Shown piece by piece: positions 1-13,280 of a DNA stretch of 64,000 bases. The stretch spans positions 109,338,931-109,402,930 of the forward strand of contig NC_068983.1 of the NCBI RefSeq assembly GCF_001194135.2, in the 5' to 3' direction. The first letter of the stretch is position 1. Every line of letters begins with the position of its first letter. The notes beneath the pieces are model-generated. The model was not told the origin of the DNA. It saw nothing but the letters and a program-made list of their open reading frames with translations, and did no database searches. Origin of the DNA: Octopus bimaculoides (taxonomy: Eukaryota). The position numbers and the translations under genes were made by a program.

Positions 1-50
<50 letters not shown>

Positions 51-289
51 CATACATATACATATATATGTATGCATGTATATGTTGTTTTATTCATTTA
101 GTCTTTTAATTTCTAGTGAATCATCACCATGCTTCATGGCTTTAGTTGAAAATATTAACCCTTGTAGTTATTTCTAAGTTTAGTACTTATTTTATCTATC
201 AATGTACATTTTACAAACTATATTGCAGTAAATAAACATCACTAGTTTTAAGTAGTATAAACATAAACACACTCTCCACACAGATATAT

Positions 290-960
290 ATCATCATCAC
301 CATCATCATCATTGTCATCATTGTTATTTAATATCTCTTTTCCATGCTGATTTGTGTTGGATGGTTTAACAAGAGCTGGCAAGCCAGAGTACTGCACCAA
401 GCTCTGCTGTCAGCTTCTGCATTTGGCATGGTTTCTATGACTGGAAGCTCCTCCTAAAACCAACCACTTTACAGAATGTAGTGGGTGCTTTTTATGTGGC
501 ACATCACCAGCAAAGTCACCAAGTAACTTTTGCAAGATAAAAAAGCCTCTCAACTGAGAGAGGGAGTACTGAAAGAGGTGACTTCATGCCAGGTGATGAT
601 AGGTTAAACTATGACAGGGGGACAGACACAGGTGTCTTGCTGCTGAGGAGGTACACAGTTATCCCAGTCAGAGAGAGAGAGATGAGAGATGGCTGGGAGA
701 GAAAGAAAGGGAGAGAAACAGAAAAAGAGGAAGGAAAGAGCGAGAGAGGGGGAGGGGTAATGAAAATGTGCCAAGGTGCTTCCTCAAAGTAGAAGGGGAA
801 TGCAGTGGGTGGTGAATGTGGGTATATAGGAGAGTAGAAGGATAGCAATGATACAGTTGACAAGGGAAGCACAGGAGAGACATAGCGGACAAAATGGCAT
901 TGGGCTACAGGAGTTGGGAGGAGAGATAAATGTGGTGCATGACTGGACGTAGCTCATCGG
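290..960 (-). mobile_element. Retroposon with RTE-type 3' tail and purine/pyrimidine-biased body
   Basis: (CAT)n tail plus gtagtgggtgcttttatgtggcac core on the minus strand. The body resembles 53790-54330 in reverse. Confidence 0.6.
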
Positions 961-1319
961 TGATGGGGCCAATGTGTGTGGAGATTATATAACACAGTGC
1001 TTCACCAACTTGGTTTCATTGACAAGACAGGTGGACGATCTTCTCAACTACCATTAGTAAATTAGTTTAGCTTGATGACCATTAAAGTCAGTAAAGAGTT
1101 GATCTAATCACTGACAAGATTTACATTTGTTTCTGACTGAGTAGTATGTTAGAAATGATTGTTTAACTGCCTCAATCATAAGATAAGCTGTGCTATTGAC
1201 AGTTTAGTTGTCAGTGAACAAGTAATTCAGGATTGAATGGTTACCAGAAACAGACCACCTTAACTATTCTAATGGTATGTAGCCAAGGGACTCACATCCA
1301 TCATTTTAACATTAATATT

Positions 1320-1598
1320 CTTTTATTCTTTCACTTGTTTCAGTCATTTGACTGTGGCCACTGCCTCGGAGGGTTTTAGTCGAACAAATTAACCCCAGAA
1401 TTTAATTTTTTAAAGTCTAGTACTTATCCTATCAATCTCTTTTGCCAAACTACTAAGTGATGGAGGCATAAACACACCAACACCGATTGTCAAGCGGTAA
1501 TGGGGGGACAAATACAGACACAAAGACACATACACACAGATTATCTATTTATCTATCTACATCTATCTATCTATCTATCTATCTATCTATTTATATAT

Positions 1599-1629
<31 letters not shown>

Positions 1630-1730
1630 TGATGAGCTCCTTTAAGTTTCCGTCTACCAAATCCACTCAAGGCTTTGGTTAGCCTGAGGCTACAGCAGAA
1701 GACCTTTGACCATGGTGCCATCTACTTGTA
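1320..1730 (-). mobile_element. SINE family B (internal microsatellite)
   Basis: cttgtttcagtcatttgactg tail, internal (TATC)n/(CA)n, and gtttccgtctaccaaatccactc motif shared with 3060-3425 and 55905-56300. Confidence 0.8.
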
Positions 1731-2290
1731 CTTTAGCTCTATAAACAATTCCTTTTTCAAGACATTTACCTTCCAATGGACACCAATACTTATCTTTGAA
1801 GTTGCAGTTCCTCAGATTAGATTAGACACTGTAGTTGTTTGTAATAATTTCTTGTTATGCTGATTAATAAAAGAGGCAAAGTCTTTGCAACAAAAATCAC
1901 AAACTTCTATTAAAAATTCTATAGAACTCATGGCTAGATTGAAAACATTTAGAAACTACTTTTAAGAATTCCCTACCTATGTTAGTTTTTACAACAATAC
2001 TAAATTAAGGAGTAAACCACAAAACTTTCTTAGTTCTAGTTCTATGTGGTTTAATATTGTTCGAATTAGTTTGACTATACTGGATCTTCTCCAAGAATCC
2101 AATTTTCCTTAATGCATTATTGTAATACAGAATGGCATTTTGAATCGCTGTCTTATCTGAAGAAATTGATAATATTCACCTTCCTACATTACTGACTAAG
2201 TTCTTAAGAATTGCAGGTGGATGATTAGATTCTTTGCTAATATATAGATTTTCATTGGGCTTACGATAGGCTTTAAATTTATCGAATTGC
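1710..2290 (-). mobile_element. Penelope-like element remnant (RT C-terminus through Cys-rich linker into GIY-YIG)
   Basis: Minus-strand translation gives YRKPNENLYISKESNHPPAILKNL, YNNALRKIGF, LWFTP*FSIVVKTNIGREFL and CNFKDKYWCPLEGKCL...YRAKV, matching Penelope motifs. Stops and frameshifts present. Confidence 0.8.
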
Positions 2291-3001
2291 AAATGACATG
2301 CTGTACTGCTTGGCATTCATACTGGAAGCTTCAATATGAACATTTCGGAGTGTTTGGGTGTCAATCTGAGGACAATGCAACCTGAGGATATGTACTGAGA
2401 GTGATAAAAATGAAACATCTAGTCAACATCATGGTGTTTGAAATGATTACTAGTGATGGCAATATTATGCCTCCATTCATCTCCCCACAGAGCCTCAGAC
2501 TCAACACAGAGGCCTACATCAAGTGCATGGAGGAGACAGTGCAGCCCTAAGTCAAGAGGGTCACTGCTGGAAGACCCTATGGCAATAGGACTCTGCACTA
2601 TGGCACACAAGCAGGAAAACTCAGTCATGGCTGTCAGATAATTTCTGCGACCACACAACCCCTAAAAGCTGGCCACCTAACTCCCCAGACTGCCACCCCC
2701 TTTGTTTATTGTGTGGTGCACATGTTGAGTGAGTGAGAAACCAACAAAACTCCTTGTAACACCAAAGATGAACTGAAGGCAAGGATTATGGCAGCATTCA
2801 CCAACCTAATCAAGGAGACTGTTCAGAAGAGTTGCAGGAGAGGCTGTGGTTGAAGCCAATGGTGATTTTATGGAATAAATTTACTCATTAATATTTCAAG
2901 ATATTTTTATGTAATTTTGATAAATATATCTGTTAAAATGAGATGTCAGTGTTATTTTCAGTTTTGCATAAGTTAGAGGACAGTTTATTCACCACACCCT
3001 G
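2291..3001 (+). mobile_element. Tc1/mariner DD37D (maT-like) element, 5'-truncated and internally deleted
   Basis: Aligns by eye to 28391-29517. Contains the WQ*DSA..H...WPPNSPDC motifs and ends in the TIR ...ttattcaccacaccctg followed by TA. Confidence 0.85.
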
Positions 3002-3059
3002 TATATATACAGAAAATGTCACCAATTTATTACAAAAGATTCACAAACACAATGCATGA

Positions 3060-3425
3060 AGTTTGCTTCCCAATCACATGATTCCAGTTTCAGTACCACT
3101 ACATGGTATCTCGAGTAAATGTCTTTGGGCCAGCCAAAGCCTTGTGAGTGAATTTGCTAGATGGAAACTCAAAGAAGCCCATCTTGTATTTGTATGTATG
3201 TGTGTGTGTGTTTGTATTTGTCTTTGTTCCCCACCACCACCACTTAACAACTGGTGTTTGTGTTTTTATATTCTGATAACTTAGTGGTTCAGTAAAAGGT
3301 TCCAATAGAATAAATGCCAGGCTTTAAAAAAGATAAGTACTGGGGATTCAATTCATTTGACTAAAAATTCTTAAAAGCAGTGCTCCAGAATGGCTGCAGT
3401 CTAATGACTGAAATAAGTAAAAAAT
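3060..3425 (+). mobile_element. SINE family B
   Basis: ttgcttcccaatcacatg head, aaagccttgtgagtgaatttg.tagatggaaact, internal (GT)n, and gctgcagtctaatgactgaaa tail. Confidence 0.8.
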
Positions 3426-3490
3426 ATTAAATGTATGTATTGTAGGTATGTGCATGTATATATATGTATGTGTGTGTATGTATGTATATA

Positions 3491-3549
<59 letters not shown>

Positions 3550-3552
3550 TAA

Positions 3553-4116
3553 AAACGTAAAAATAAAAACAGAACACAAAGGATTCCGTGGTACACGTGT
3601 TTCAAGCTTTATAGTCATTGCATCATTATATTGGTATATAATTGATAGACAGGATGGTATAAAGCTATCTTCAGTTGCATATATATTCTTTCCATAGTAT
3701 TATATCACAAAGAAGAAGTCACCAAAAAAAAAAAAAGTAAAAGAGAGAGAAACATAAGAGATAAAAAGTGGGAGTCCACTTGGTATTGTCCATTGTAATA
3801 TACATTGTAATATGTTTATCCTTTAAGTTGATACATTTACATAAAAGTTCATTGGTATTCCGAAATATGTCGATATTGTGCCACACCTGTCTATATTGTG
3901 CCACACCTGTCCATATTGTGCCACACCTGTCCATATTATTTTTTTGGTGACTTCTTCTTTGTGATATAATACTTGGGAAAGAATATATTCGCAGCTGAAG
4001 ATAGCTTTATACCATCCTGTCTATCAATTATATACCAATATAATGATGCAATGACTATAAAGCTTGAAACACATGTACCGCGGAATCCTTTGTGTTCTGT
4101 TTTTATTTTTACATTT
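3553..4116. repeat. Long inverted repeat (about 180-bp arms) with a 20-bp x3 tandem in the spacer
   Basis: 3553-3731 is the reverse complement of 3939-4116 with few mismatches. The spacer holds tattgtgccacacctgtc(c/t)a three times (about 3874-3937). Confidence 0.92.
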
Positions 4117-4194
4117 CCATTTTATTCTTTCACCCTGGCCACTAACTGGCATATACAGGCGCTTGCAATTATCAAGTATTACCTCTAAAATTTA

Positions 4195-4238
<44 letters not shown>

Positions 4239-4266
4239 TGTATGTGTATGTATATGTTTGTATGTT

Positions 4267-4360
<94 letters not shown>

Positions 4361-4390
4361 CATATATGTGTGTGTGTGTGTGTGTGTAGG
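4195..4390. repeat. Compound (TA)n/(TG)n microsatellite
   Basis: Direct reading. Confidence 0.95.
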
Positions 4391-5842
4391 CATGTATTTG
4401 CATACATAATTATTTGTATATTTGTATGCATGTCTATATGTGTGTGTATTTGTATGTCTGTTTGTATTTATGTAGACATACATGTAATTCTATGTGTGCT
4501 TTTTTATATGTGTACATTTTGCAAGCTGAATGAAGTATGTAACTTTTGGTAGATACTTATTGGAATGCCAATCATTTCACTCTCTCTAACTCTATTTTTT
4601 CCCTTTCACTCTCTAATTTTCTATTTCTTTTTCTTTTATTTCTTTTCCCCTTTTTATCTTTCTACTTGTTATTCTCTGATTTTTTTCCTTTTCTTTCTTT
4701 TGCCTGTAACAGCTAACTTGTATAAGCACATGCCAGGCGGTTTTGTGTGCGTGCATTTGTATCTCTCTGTGTTTTGCATATATATGTCTGTATATGTATT
4801 ATGTAGCCATATACCTGCGTCTGTATGTTAAGCGTATATATGTATATTATAGATTGTTTGATATGTGTATGTATTGCTAAATGTATATGTAATTTAGCGT
4901 GAAAAGTTTTTAAATGGATATATCTTAATTTATTATTATTTTTACAGATAATTATTTACCCCGGGTATTCAGGCCTTTTTTCTTCTTCATAAGCTATTTT
5001 TGATTTAAGGTTTTCTCTAATTCTTATAATGATATGATTTTAAACTGCAATTTGTTATTTCATGCAACCAGTTATTGAAAAGACCGTTAGTTGAAAGGAC
5101 CAATGAAACAAAACCATTTCCAAATGTGTGTCTATCAAAGTAATTGTATTTCTGCATATGACTTTAACTTGCTCCATTCTAAACAAAACTGTCTGACAAA
5201 CGAGAACACGAAACTCTGAGTAACAGATTTTGTGCTATTTTTGCTTTAATGAAATGATCATGCGCCCAAGGAAGTTTTACCCAATGTTTTCATGTTATTA
5301 TTTACAGCGTTATCTGATTTGAGATACATCATTCCATAAAAGAATTATTTTATGTCCTCACAAATGTTTATAAATTCTTGTCAACAATATATTCTTTTAT
5401 TCTTTTATGCATTTCAGCCCAAAGTATGTGGCTGTACTGGAGCACTTCCAGTGTTATCACCTATTCAATGGCCATTCTTATGCAATTGACATACATACAT
5501 ACATACATTCATACATACATACATACATACATACATTCATACATACGTATGTGTGGTGTGTGTGTGTAAGTGTGTGTGTGTGTGTGTGTGTGTGTGTTAA
5601 ATAAGATAATTTTGCTATGAGAATTATTAGGATAATGCACAGAAGTGGAGGGAGCCAATTACGACATTTCAGATATTGTCCTTCTTTGGAATATAGATAG
5701 GGAGTGGAAAGAGAGGAAAGAAATCTGAGGGAAAAGAATAAAATAAAAGGAGAAGATCAGGTGAAGTAGCCTACCCATGTTAGTTATTTTATATAAGTTT
5801 GGTCTGGGGTTCAAAAACAGAAGGCAGATGAGAATGAGATGC

Positions 5843-5885
<43 letters not shown>

Positions 5886-7095
5886 TAACATATGCTTGAG
5901 TTCATGGAAAAGTAGTCCTGTGCTTGTGCATATATATAGTTCTATATATATATATTGTACTATTTGGGTGTATTTGTGTGTGTGCATGTGTGTGTGCATT
6001 TATTGTATCTGTTATTTTGGGATCTTTTGCTTATGCATTACACATCAGTGAACTTTGACCAAGTGTATATGAGTTGCGCATATTGATGTTTACCTGTGTT
6101 TTTGTATGGTGTGTGTGAGTGTTAAGCATAAGTGCATAATGTGTTAGTGTGAGTGCATACAGCTATGTTATGCAATAACTATCTGATGATATTTATTTAT
6201 ATGTGTTTGGGTGTTGATGTACATATAATATGAAATGTTGTGTGAGAGTGTGTGTATATGGTGTGTGTATATGGCCATGCATAGGTTTGTTATATTATGT
6301 TGTGAGAGTAGGTGAATATAATGCGTTTTGTGGGTATATAAGTGCTTGTGTATAAAAAATAATAAAATGTTACTTTAGTGTCTCTAAGCATGTGTTTGTG
6401 TGTATGCAGATATATGAGCATCTGTTATATTGTGTTGTAAGAATATGTCTGTGTATAGTAGAGTAGTGTGTACATGTATGTTCTAGTGTATATAAAATAC
6501 AACATGTTGCCTAAGAGTGTGTATATTCATTAAATTATTGTGCATGTGTGTGTGCATGGACATATGTGTACGTTATCATTTAGTTTTACTTTAAAATTTC
6601 TTGCCAATGGAAAATGAGCTGGTTTCTAAACTAGATCCATTGGAATTTCAACATCAACAGGATAGTTGCACATGTATCTGTGCAAATGTGCAAGTATCTG
6701 GAGTCAGGGCATGATTCTTTGTTTGCTTTATGCATCTATACGCATACATATAGTTGCATGTCTAGACATGTAAATATATACTTACATACTAAACTTTGGG
6801 GAAGGTCTATGTATACTTTGACATCCCATTGATGGCTTGTATCTGTAATATTTTTTTAATTATATTTCTTCTTCTTGGTTTTGAGAACCCTAATTTCTCA
6901 AGATTGGTGCTGAGACAGTTTGTTACATTTCCTCGTACCTCAATAAACTTGAACTTGTAATCTGGATGAAGTAGCTGTAAATTACTCAATAGTTCAGTGG
7001 CCTTTAGCATCAAGGCTAAACTGATTTCCACTACTCTACATACTTTCTCTTCTCTGTGTGTATGTGTGTGCGTGCACACGTGTGTGTGTGTGTGG

Positions 7096-7155
<60 letters not shown>

Positions 7156-7835
7156 GTGTGTATATATGAAAGTCTGTTATTCAGTACTGTATTTTCTCAT
7201 ACATACATTACATGTATTTGTATAAAGTTAGTGTGTACGTATACATTTTGGTGTAGTGCATGTGTGCATCTTTGTTTTATGTGTGTGATGTGACAGTGTT
7301 GCATGAAAATATGTTGGTCTATGTAGTGACTATGTGTGTAAATGTATGAGAAGTTTTGTTGAAGAGGAACGGTTGTGAATTGAGACTGAAAGAGATGAAG
7401 ATTTAGAGATAACAGAAATCGATGCTCTTAACAAAACCTCAAGCTGATGTATCAGGTATGTGCCAAACAATGTTAGCTGGTTTGTTGTGTGGTCTGTGAA
7501 TCAAAATGGTGAGAAACAGACGTCTGGTTGACAAGTTTGATGGCATAGAAGTGTTCTATGAGTTTGTCATTCAAATGGCAGCTGGCTTAACCAATATGTG
7601 AGACATCATAGAGTGAGTATTTCAGGTAACTGTTGAACTCATGTGTGAAAACAATAACAATGTATTTATAGAATATTTATCACTAAATTATATATCCGTT
7701 ATTCAAGATTAAGATCAAAGAATACTGCATTTTCTGAAGATGAAGTAGCATATATCACTTTTCATGGTATGTATGACAGATACAGTAAATTCTAGTTAGA
7801 CTATAAAAACATTTATTAAATAAAACAAGAGGAAA

Positions 7836-8328
7836 GCCGATGCCAGTGCCGCCTTGACTGGCTTCCGTGCCCGTGGCACGTAAAAAGCACCATCCGAACA
7901 TGGCTGATGCTGAGTCAAGTACATCAACATCAGTAATATCAAAATCGAATCAAACGGAAATTGTAGTTGTGAGCCCTGTGCCAGTAGCACGTAAAAAGCA
8001 CCATCCGAACGTGGCCGATGCTAGTGCCGCCTTGACTGGCTTTCGTGCTGGTGGCACGTAAAAAGCACCATCCAATCATGGTTGATGCCAGCTCCTCTGG
8101 CCCTTTGTGTTGGTGGCACATAAAAGGCACCCACTACACTTTTGGAGTGGTTGGCATTAGGAAAGGCATCCAGCTGTAGAAACGCTGCCAGATCAGATTG
8201 GGACCTGGTGCAGCCTCCTGGCTTCCCAGACTCCAGTCGAGCCGTCCAACCCATGCCAGCATGGAAAACGGACGTTAAACGACGATGACTACGATGAGGA
8301 TGATGATGATGACGAAGATGATGATGAT
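7836..8328 (+). mobile_element. RTE 3'-UTR repeat copy with tandem hairpin modules and (GAT)n tail
   Basis: gccagtgccgccttgactggc...gtggcacgtaaaaagcacc modules, the shared core cactacact...ggttggcattaggaa, and tail ggacgttaaacgatga. Confidence 0.88.
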
Positions 8329-8399
8329 AAAAGATATCCTCTAGTTCTTCCTAGTACCAGAGATTCTGTATATCCATCAATAATAATAAATGGTTCATA

Positions 8400-8950
8400 A
8401 TATTTGGCCAGTGTTAATGTTTAAGAATTCACCTGATGAAAATAATGACAATAAGAAAATACTTAAAAAGGTTTGCATGAATATAGCAAATGCTTTAGGG
8501 TATCTGGTGCCAAAGACATCAAGCCTAATGAAAACAGTCTGACAGCAAATGAATGTCAATAAAAAAAATAATCTGTTAATTATCCTGGTGTTAAATACAA
8601 AACATAGATATTGTTATGACTACAAAGAAAAACAATTAAAGTGATGATGAAAACACAGATGAAAATGAGCCAGGGGTAGCTGAAAGGCTTAGTTCTGACA
8701 AGTTAACTGAGGTGTTAGGTGAAGTAATTAAAAGGGTTCCTGACAGAACATGAGATAATGTCTCTTTACTAGATACTTGAAAAATTGTACAGATAATAGT
8801 ACAAGCATATGAAGCTTTTCTCAGAATAAATATTTCAAAGCAGAATGCGTAGCAAAGTAGTAAGCTTACATCTGAAAATCCTAAGCCTTCAGCTTCAAGT
8901 ACTTTAGATTTGCTTCCTACAACTTCACAAATCCATGAAGAAATAATTGC
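8400..8950 (+). mobile_element. Possible Tigger/pogo transposase C-terminal remnant
   Basis: Decayed acidic, purine-rich reading ending in a PKPSASST-like tail, reminiscent of Tigger C-termini. No catalytic motif seen. Confidence 0.25.
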
Positions 8951-9769
8951 CTACGAAACATAACATAATCCTTACAGCTCTCACTCTTTTCACCTCAATG
9001 ATTAACTCCACAATACCTAAAATATTTCACTGGAATAATTCACATATAATTAATATTTCATACATAAAACATTCCTTCAGACTGTATTCATTAACTTTTA
9101 CCCGATATAATATTTATAAACTCTTATAGATATTCAAGTATTGCATTTCATAATTTAATATATGTTAAATTTAAGTTTCTAGATGTGCATGAGAGGTGAA
9201 TATTTATTTGCTCTGTGGTCTATTGAATAATTATTATATGGCCACATTTCATCTGTAAAGAACTGATCAACCAGAAAGGCTTTGAAACTAAAGGTTCCAG
9301 AAAACTGGTGGTACACTTGTTCAACAAAACCTTATTAATAAAAATATTTCCAGTGATCTTAATGAGATCTGTTTGATCTCTAAACTTTGTTTATAGTAAT
9401 TCATATTACTAAGTTTTAATCCTTTAGGAACAATTATTTTCAAAAACCTATATATAAAATTATTTGCCTGAATTTTAAGTATTTACTTTTAATATGCCTG
9501 GGTTATCAATTTCTAAAAGATAAGAAATTTCCTTCATTAATTTAAATTGTTCAAACAAATACCTACAGATATTTTATACATTGATGCTTATTTATTTTTT
9601 TTTTTAATTCAGAATTACAAGTAATTCACTGTAATCTTTTAATCAGTGTTTTATGTATATCTTTATGTCTTTCATGTTGGTTTTTCAAAATACAGTCATC
9701 TTTCTTTTTCATAAAAGGACGTGTGTATTTACTAATTATATCAAATACTGGCATTTTCTCTTCAATTGA

Positions 9770-9773
9770 CACA

Positions 9774-9867
<94 letters not shown>
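9770..9867. repeat. (CA)n microsatellite
   Basis: Direct reading. Confidence 0.97.
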
Positions 9868-9870
<3 letters not shown>

Positions 9871-9872
9871 TT

Positions 9873-10495
9873 TAATCATTAGTGACAGTAACAGTATTAA
9901 TACCAAAAGGTAATTTTTATATCCAACTTATTATGAATGCCTTGTTAGAACACCAAATGCTGTGGTATTCATCTTGAGAGATCTTCTCATGCAGATGCTT
10001 AGTGCCTAAAAACACACACACTGCAAGCCAGTCAAATCTCTATTGATGTGGTCCAATAAACCAAAACCATGTGAAATGGGAATTCCAGTGCTCATGAGAC
10101 AAATTTTGTTTGTTATGATCTATGTGTGTGCTTTTATGCAAGGCTAATGATGTAGTATTTAGTGTTCTGATAGAGCATATATATTAAGTTGGATATAAAG
10201 ATTTTCTTTTGGTATTAATATTGCTTCTGTCACTAATAATTAATTTTCAATAAGCCTGCTTATTATTTGCAACATCAGTATCTAAAAAGATGTTGATATC
10301 CTATATATTATAGTAGTGAGATTTAACTGGCATGATAAGTACTTCTCACTGTTGAGGTCTAATAGGCCGAAATCACATGAATTATGATGCTCATGACAGA
10401 TGAATTTCATCTGCCTATATAAGAAGATCTCTGAAGGCTAATAACACAGTATTCGGTGGTCTAACAAGGCATTCATGTTAAGTTGGATATATATA
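9873..10495. repeat. Cluster of one forward and two reverse copies of an unnamed repeat
   Basis: cattagtgacag...tatatccaactta (9876-9929) is inverted at about 10183-10240. tatatccaactta...gagatcttct (9917-9988) is inverted at about 10420-10493. Confidence 0.75.
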
Positions 10496-11019
10496 ATTTA
10501 GTCAGAGGAAGATGGGTAGAATGCATAACTCTTATCAAGGGCTCTTACTGAAGGAAGGGAAGAAGTCATTTTCTGACATGAGATCTGGCCCACATGCTTA
10601 TAACAGAATATACTTGAACAAAGACACCCAAAGACAAAACCTATGGACTAAGTCTAAAGTGTGAGTAATAAATTTTAGTTAAGATTAATTGATATTCCTC
10701 AATGGAATTTCTTGTTTATAGGCTTGCTTACATCTTATGGAGGCTACCATTTTAAAGTCCAAAGCTTTAATCCTATACTTTTCAGCATTTGTTTGTGATT
10801 TTTCTTGGAGTGCACTTCAATAAAATTAGATTTATGTGGACCAAAGAAGAATTAAAAGATTGTCTTATAAATCTCTGATATAAATATAGTTATAGTAAAC
10901 ATAAATGGCTGGTACTTGAAATTCAGAACACCATCTGTTATTAGTACCATAAAGTATATTGCATGTATGTCTTATTACATATACATGTGTGTATTTATAT
11001 ATACACATAGGTGTAGGTG

Positions 11020-11196
11020 AGGTTGTGTGGTCACCAAACTTGCTTCCCAACAATATGTTCTTGGGTTTAGTCACACTGTGTGGCATCTTGGAGAATCACC
11101 TTCTACTATAACCTTAAACCAATTGATAACTTGTGAGTGAATATGGAGATGGAAATTGAAATAAATCCATTGTATATGTATGCATGTTTGAGTGCA

Positions 11197-11230
<34 letters not shown>
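11020..11230 (+). mobile_element. SINE family B 5' part
   Basis: ttgcttcccaacaatatg head, cttgtgagtgaatatggagatggaaattgaa, (GT)n. Confidence 0.7.
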
Positions 11231-12394
11231 CTCTAGTCCAGACATCATGTGATGATTGTAAATAAGTATGATAATAATGCAAGTGAGGCTATTCATTTCC
11301 ATTCTTCCATAAAAAACATGACTGGCTATGGGAAAATAAACTTGCTTGTTTGTTGAACATTCATTTTCAACATAATAGTCCTTAACTAGTTTTGTATGTG
11401 TAAATTAATGTAGTATCTGTACCATCATAGGTATATGAGGTGAAAATATTCTTAGACTTACAACCAGGTATCAACTTTTTATGTTTTTTACATTCTTACT
11501 CCATTTCTAACTGAAATCATTGCTCTCTAGGGGTTTCAAGTAAACTACCATACACATCTGAAACATCTTCCATACAATTTTGCATTCATATGTAAAAAGA
11601 ATAAATGTATGCTAATAGACACAATGCTGTTACTAAGTCAGTTCAAACATTTATAAGCTCATCCATTGAAACTATCTATTCACTATTTCTCTCAGAGTAC
11701 TTTTATATATTGTGAAGCAACTCAGCAACATACTTAAGTTTAAATCAACATTTTCAATATCACCATTTCCTATAGGTGATTACAATATGAAGTTCTTAAG
11801 AGTCATTTCATGTGATCTTGTGGTCAAATGTCTCAATATATATTTAAATTTATATGATAATGTAGGTAAGAAAATGCTAGTGAGTTTTTAGTCTTCTTAA
11901 GATGGAATGAACAAGGGAGGTTAATTCAGATAGTTTACAATTTGAATTATTGCCATTCAATAGTTGGATAGAAAAATATTAAATATTAGTTTGACAGTTA
12001 TGAAAAAGAGAAATAAGGTGGGAGATTTACATATGCTTTATAAAGGTTATGTGCTTTGAAACATAGAGAGTCAGTAAGGATCGAGAATTTCCACCAAGTG
12101 GATGTCTTCATCTTTGATTTGATTGAGTATATGAGTGATTTATTCATTCAATATCATACTTTCTGTTTTTATTATTAATCAAGACAAGTGACAAAATCTT
12201 CTTTTCAAAATGATCTAGTGATATATATGCAAGCCTAATAGGAATGCAAGTCTAACAAGATGCATTAGAGTGATGATAGTAAACAAATGATGAATTAGTA
12301 AGAAAAAAATTCTAATGCTTTAGCTGTGATAAAGATTGCAACCAGAATAATTGCAACCATTTTTAAAAATATGAATCCAAATTACTTTGTAAAA

Positions 12395-12436
<42 letters not shown>

Positions 12437-13077
12437 NNNNNNNNNNNNNNNNNNNNNNNNNNNNNNNNNNNNNNNNNNNNNNNNNNNNNNNNNNNNNNNN
12501 NNNNNNNNNNNNNNNNNNNNNNNNNNNNNNNNNNNNNNNNNNNNNNNNNNNNNNNNNNNNNNNNNNNNNNNNNNNNNNNNNNNNNNNNNNNNNNNNNNNN
12601 NNNNNNNNNNNNNNNNNNNNNNNNNNNNNNNNNNNNNNNNNNNNNNNNNNNNNNNNNNNNNNNNNNNNNNNNNNNNNNNNNNNNNNNNNNNNNNNNNNNN
12701 NNNNNNNNNNNNNNNNNNNNNNNNNNNNNNNNNNNNNNNNNNNNNNNNNNNNNNNNNNNNNNNNNNNNNNNNNNNNNNNNNNNNNNNNNNNNNNNNNNNN
12801 NNNNNNNNNNNNNNNNNNNNNNNNNNNNNNNNNNNNNNNNNNNNNNNNNNNNNNNNNNNNNNNNNNNNNNNNNNNNNNNNNNNNNNNNNNNNNNNNNNNN
12901 NNNNNNNNNNNATATATATAATATGTTTTATACAAATTACGACAAACGTAAATAAACAAACAAAGTTTGCTTTTAGAAGCGTTGAGATGTCTTTTAGAAA
13001 GTTAAAGAAGTGATTTTATATATATAGTTCATTTTACATATATATAATTTATTTTATATCATAATAATTTTATGTCA

Positions 13078-13280
13078 GCTGAAAACCGAGCCCGCAGAAA
13101 AGAAATGACAGCCAACAGACCGGATTCAACGTATGGGTGTGACCTCTGCAAATGAGACTGCCACTCTCGCATCAGTCTCTACAGCCACAGGAGGTGCTGC
13201 AAAAACTGAATAGACAACCCAACGGACGGATGACATCATCCATGGTCAGCCATGACCGATGGAGGCCTAAGAAGAAGAAG
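13078..13280 (+). mobile_element. Young 203-bp RTE 3'-end insertion with (AAG)n tail and 12-bp TSD
   Basis: RARRKEMTANRPDSTYGCDLCK*DCHSRISLYSHRRCC motif, tail gcctaagaagaagaag, and exact flanking direct repeat aattttatgtca at 13066-13077 and 13281-13292. Confidence 0.9.

Noticed and set aside
6807-7079. ORF segment LEKLGFSKPRRRNIIKKIL resembling a SAM-domain helix
   Set aside because: No convincing splice sites bracket it, and the ORF starts in a microsatellite. The similarity is too short to support.
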